This document shows positions 61,069 to 64,000 of a stretch of DNA of 64,000 nt, piece after piece. The translations under genes and the position numbers were made by a program. This DNA comes from Mobula birostris. Lineage: Eukaryota. The stretch spans positions 28,924,424 to 28,988,423 of the forward strand of contig NC_092398.1 in NCBI RefSeq assembly GCF_030028105.1, in the 5' to 3' direction. Each line of letters begins with the position of its first letter. The first letter of the stretch is position 1. The notes beneath the pieces are model-generated. The model made no database searches. It was given only the letters and a program-made list of their open reading frames with translations, and was not told the DNA's origin.

Positions 61069-61324
61069 GGGGCTGACGTGTGCTGCCCGCAACTGAATGT
61101 GTCCCCGTCCTTTGGCTCGATCCCAGTGTACTTGTAGACGTTGAAGCTCCAGTCTGACACCACCACCAGCTGCGATGATCGGACGGGCCCAGTGAACGGC
61201 TGCCTGTTGATCAGGAAGCTGAGCTCGATCTTGAATGGGTAGAAGTTCTCAGCGTCACACGACAGGATGTTCGACTTCTCTGGAGGATAGCCGTCTTCCG
61301 TGTAGATGTGGACGGTGGGTTTCT
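61069..61324 (-). pseudogene. WA: MHC W-category alpha chain (WA), alpha2 Ig-C1 exon, 3' end damaged or truncated
   Basis: Acceptor tgtcccag|AG, phase 1. KPTVHIYTEDGYPPEKSNILSCDAENFYPFKIELSFLINRQPFTGPVRSSQLVVVSDWSFNVYKYTGIEPKDGDTFSC. Cys-Cys spacing 56 as in class II alpha2, but beta2m-type DWSF, KSN.L.C and S.L, and F in place of the C-strand Trp. No donor found; runs into a SINE. Confidence 0.8.
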
Positions 61325-61501
61325 CTGGGACATGGAGCAACAGTCACCGTGAACAGGTCAAAGGTAAACGTCGATGTGGAAAGGTCAGCGTGAATGGGGC
61401 AAAAGTAACTGTGAATGTTCACAGGTTTCTTCTGAACACAACCAAACCTGTCCCTGAAATTCTGGGCAAATCAGGTGTAAGAGGCCTCAAAGCTTCAGAG
61501 A

Positions 61502-61650
61502 AGGGATATATAAAGGTTTAGCAAAAGTGCAAAGGTCAGGGATATGGAAACGTTTAGTGAAAGGGCAAAAATCAGGGATATGGAAAGGATTAGCGAAAGT
61601 GCAAACATCAGGGATATGGAAAGGATTAGTGAAAGGGCAAAGATCAGGCA
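61502..61650. repeat. 36-bp tandem repeat (~4 copies) in the WA intron
   Basis: Unit agggatatggaaaggattagtgaaagggcaaagatc. Confidence 0.8.
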
Positions 61651-61914
61651 GATATACGAAAAGGACAGAAGTGCAGCTGGCAGAGGCACTGCCTCATCCA
61701 GCTGACAGAGCCAGAGGATGTGGTGGAGGAGGGTTCTATTGGACTGAAAGACAATTAGACAGGTACACAGATAGGCAAGATACATTGGCCAAATGCAGCT
61801 GATGGGGTCTAGTTCAGTTCAGAATGGATCACGAGAAGGTTCGAAATGTTTATAAAATTGAAATATTCACGAATGTTCACAAGTAAGTGTTGAGTTGTAT
61901 GAGATGTCGTTGAA

Positions 61915-62570
61915 ACATAGAAACATAGAAAATAAGTGCAGGAGTAGGCCATTCGGCTCTTCGAGCCTGCACTGCCATTCAGTATGATCATGGCTGATCA
62001 TCCAACTCAGAACTCTGTACCAGCCTTCCCTCCATACCCCCTGATCCCTTTAGCCACAAGTGCCATATCATTGAGGCCTAATTTGGAGCATTGTGTGCAT
62101 TTCTGGTCACCTGTCTGCAGGAATGATATCAATAAGATTGAAAGAGTGCAGAGAAAACTTATGAGGACTTGAGGACTTGAGGACCAGAGTTATTGGGAAA
62201 GGTTGAATAGGTTAGGACTATACTCCCGGAGTGTAGGAGAATGAGGGGAAGATTTGATTGAGATAAACAAAATTATGAGGGGTGTAGAGAAGCTAAACGT
62301 GAGCAGGCTTTTTCCGCTGAGGTTGGGCGAGACTGGAGCTGGAGTTCGTGAGTTGAGAGTTAAGGGTGAAGTGAAAGGGAACCTCAGAGGTGTTGAGAAT
62401 GTGGAACAAGCTGCTATCGCAAGTGGTGGTTGTACCGTTGATTGCAATATTTAAGAGATGCACCTGGATGGGAGGAACACGGAGGGTGATAGCCCGGGCG
62501 CACATCAATGGATGAGAGTACGGCATGGGCTAGATGGGCCAAAGGTCCCGTTTCTGTGCGCTATGACTCT
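61915..62570. mobile_element. CR1 fragments in the WA intron
   Basis: 61915-62068 (-) has the same tail and 3'UTR as the young CR1 at 14000; 62068-62570 (+) has RPNLEHCVHFWSP..IERVQRK..LFPLRLG. Confidence 0.85.
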
Positions 62571-62584
62571 GCGCGGCGACTCAC

Positions 62585-62857
62585 TTTTCAGGACGCTCGA
62601 ACCGTTGGTGAACTTCATCATCTCCTTGGTGATGCCCTGCTGCCAGGCCTGGATCCCACTCGATCTCTCCTTGAAGTGGTTCACCTCATCTTGGCCGAGC
62701 TCCTTTACCCCGTCTGTCTCAACTCCCTTGATGAAGAACATCTGGCGCTGGTAATCGTAGAAGAGGAAGGGAGAGGTGTTCGCATCGAAGACCTTGCCGT
62801 TGGTTTCGGAACTCGGGCTGTAGCTGTAATACAGCCTTTCTGAGACGCTTTTAAACA
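62585..62857 (-). CDS. WA: MHC W-category alpha chain (WA), alpha1 exon
   Basis: Acceptor cttctttctcactttattccaag|TG and donor A|gtgagt; 273 nt, phase 1-1, no stops. FKSVSERLYYSYSPSSETNGKVFDANTSPFLFYDYQRQMFFIKGVETDGVKELGQDEVNHFKERSSGIQAWQQGITKEMMKFTNGSSVLK resembles class II alpha1 (FD..F..D; helix ending K.tN.s). Joins the alpha2 exon in frame (A|AG=K). Confidence 0.8.
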
Positions 62858-62949
62858 CTTGGAATAAAGTGAGAAAGAAGTTAGGTACGGTATATGCCCA
62901 CCCTTTCCTCGATCACGTCCAAAATAAATAAATTATCAAAGTACATCTA

Positions 62950-63530
62950 CAATCACTGGCCACATTATGAGGTACACCTGCTCGTAGTACTCAGCCAATC
63001 ACATGGCAGCAGCTCAATGCGTAAAAGCATGCAGGCATAGTCAAGAGGTTCAGTTGTTGTTCAGACCAAACATCAGAATGGGGGAAGAAATGTGATCTAA
63101 GTGACCATGGAAAGATTGTTGGTGCCAGACGGGGTGGTTGGAGCATCTGAGAAGCTGCTGATCTCCTGGGATTTTCACCTGCAACTGTCTCTGGAGCAGT
63201 GGTTCCCAACCCGGGTCCATGGGCCTCTTGATTAATGGTTGGGGTCCAATCCACAAAACAGGTTGGGAACCCCTGTTCTAGAGTTTACAGAGAATGGTGT
63301 GAAAAACAAAAACAAAAAAAAAAATCCAGCGAGCAGCAATTCTGTGGGCAAAAACGGCTTGTTAATGAGAGAGGTCAGAGGAGAATGGCCAGACTGCTTC
63401 AAGCTGACAGGAAGGCAACGGTAACTCAAATAACCACACGTTACAACTGTGGTGTGCCGAGGAGCATTTCTGAGCACGCAGCACGTTAGAGCTGGTAGTG
63501 GCTAGGCTACAGCAGCACATAAACTTAGTG
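62950..63530 (+). mobile_element. Non-autonomous Tc1/mariner-like element
   Basis: Same family as 8794-9325 and 54021-54561 (ccaatcacatggcagc..., attgttggtgccagacgggg..., agagtttacagagaatgg). Confidence 0.8.
63197..63275. mobile_element. 79-bp hAT (Charlie-like) MITE nested in Tc1
   Basis: TIRs cagtggttcccaac / gttgggaacccctg; 8-bp TSD ctctggag and ttctagag; uninterrupted Tc1 copies read ctctagag here. Confidence 0.8.
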
Positions 63531-64000
63531 GCTGTCGTGGAAATATTAACTGGGAGCACCTGAGTGACCTTGAGTTTCGTTTTAAGAGTTTATTAACGTG
63601 ATAGCATGGAGGGCCTGCAGCAGTCTCCACCGCCAACAGAGCTCTATCTTTTAGGTTATACATAGCTCACCATATACTACCCTGAGATTCATTTTCTTAC
63701 AGGCCTTCACAGTTTTGTTGAGGCCCTCCGTTGGTCGGGGACAACTCTTATTGCATCCTAGCGGTCTACATGGTATGCAAGCCAGGGCAGTCCGATATGG
63801 AGCGCAAGCTGTTGCCCCTGTCGCAAGCTTCCCCTCTCCACGCAGCCGTGAATCCAAAGGAACGGCGGAGACCGATACAGTTTGGCACCAGCCAGTGTTA
63901 CTCGTGTTGCCAATCAGCATTTAACTCAACGTGGGGACTCCAGCTCCGGATAATTCCTCGGAGTTTATTCCCGAAGCCAGGCCCATGACTGGGTATAGCC

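Noticed and set aside
61041-61090. Shifted frame C(R)AAHVSPRTGLHAD* puts a TAG exactly at the canonical terminal Trp of the C1 domain
   Set aside because: Sequence beyond ~61068 is SINE head, and the TAG is part of its A-box-like 'gattag'. Probably coincidence.
61069-62857. Calling the gene classical MHC class II alpha or beta2-microglobulin
   Set aside because: It lacks the class II alpha2 C-strand Trp and has the beta2m-type DWSF. It also has an upstream in-frame alpha1 exon and a 56-residue Cys spacing, which beta2m does not.
25508-62857. Joining WA directly to the spacer cytoplasmic exons as one gene
   Set aside because: No alpha2 donor and no TM exon were found, and an unrelated Ig-like remnant lies between them. 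Left as unproven.

Overview
Non-bacterial, repeat-dense vertebrate genomic DNA. The repeat families (CR1 LINEs with (TTTCTATG)n tails, Rex1/Babar, Tx1, HE1/V-type SINEs, Penelope ends, Tc1 and hAT MITEs, Gypsy LTRs) point to a cartilaginous fish, probably a ray (inference). Main results: (1) At the right end, two minus-strand exons (62585-62857, 61069-61324) are joined by a phase-matched GT-AG intron. They encode an MHC class II-alpha-type alpha1 domain and an Ig C1 domain with beta2-microglobulin signature residues (DWSF tryptophan, no C-strand Trp). This is the hallmark of the ancient MHC W-category alpha chain (WA). The second exon is cut short by a SINE, so the gene is a pseudogene or a transmembrane-less variant. 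(2) A large diverged inverted duplication covers most of the window: arms 1-21498 and 32930-51289, 11.4 kb spacer, about 14.4 kb of shared ancestral sequence, roughly 5% divergent where I aligned by eye. The arms carry arm-specific insertions, a CR1-mediated tandem amplification of a ~3.9 kb unit in the left arm, and two Tx1 elements stacked at one site in the right arm. (3) Remnants of a second Ig-superfamily gene: a CD80/nectin-type Ig-C-like pseudo-exon in three copies and two phase-1 cytoplasmic-type exons (30 and 99 nt) in the spacer. No rRNA, true tRNA gene or CRISPR array was found. All alignments and counts were made by eye; repeat boundaries are approximate unless a target-site duplication (TSD) is quoted.
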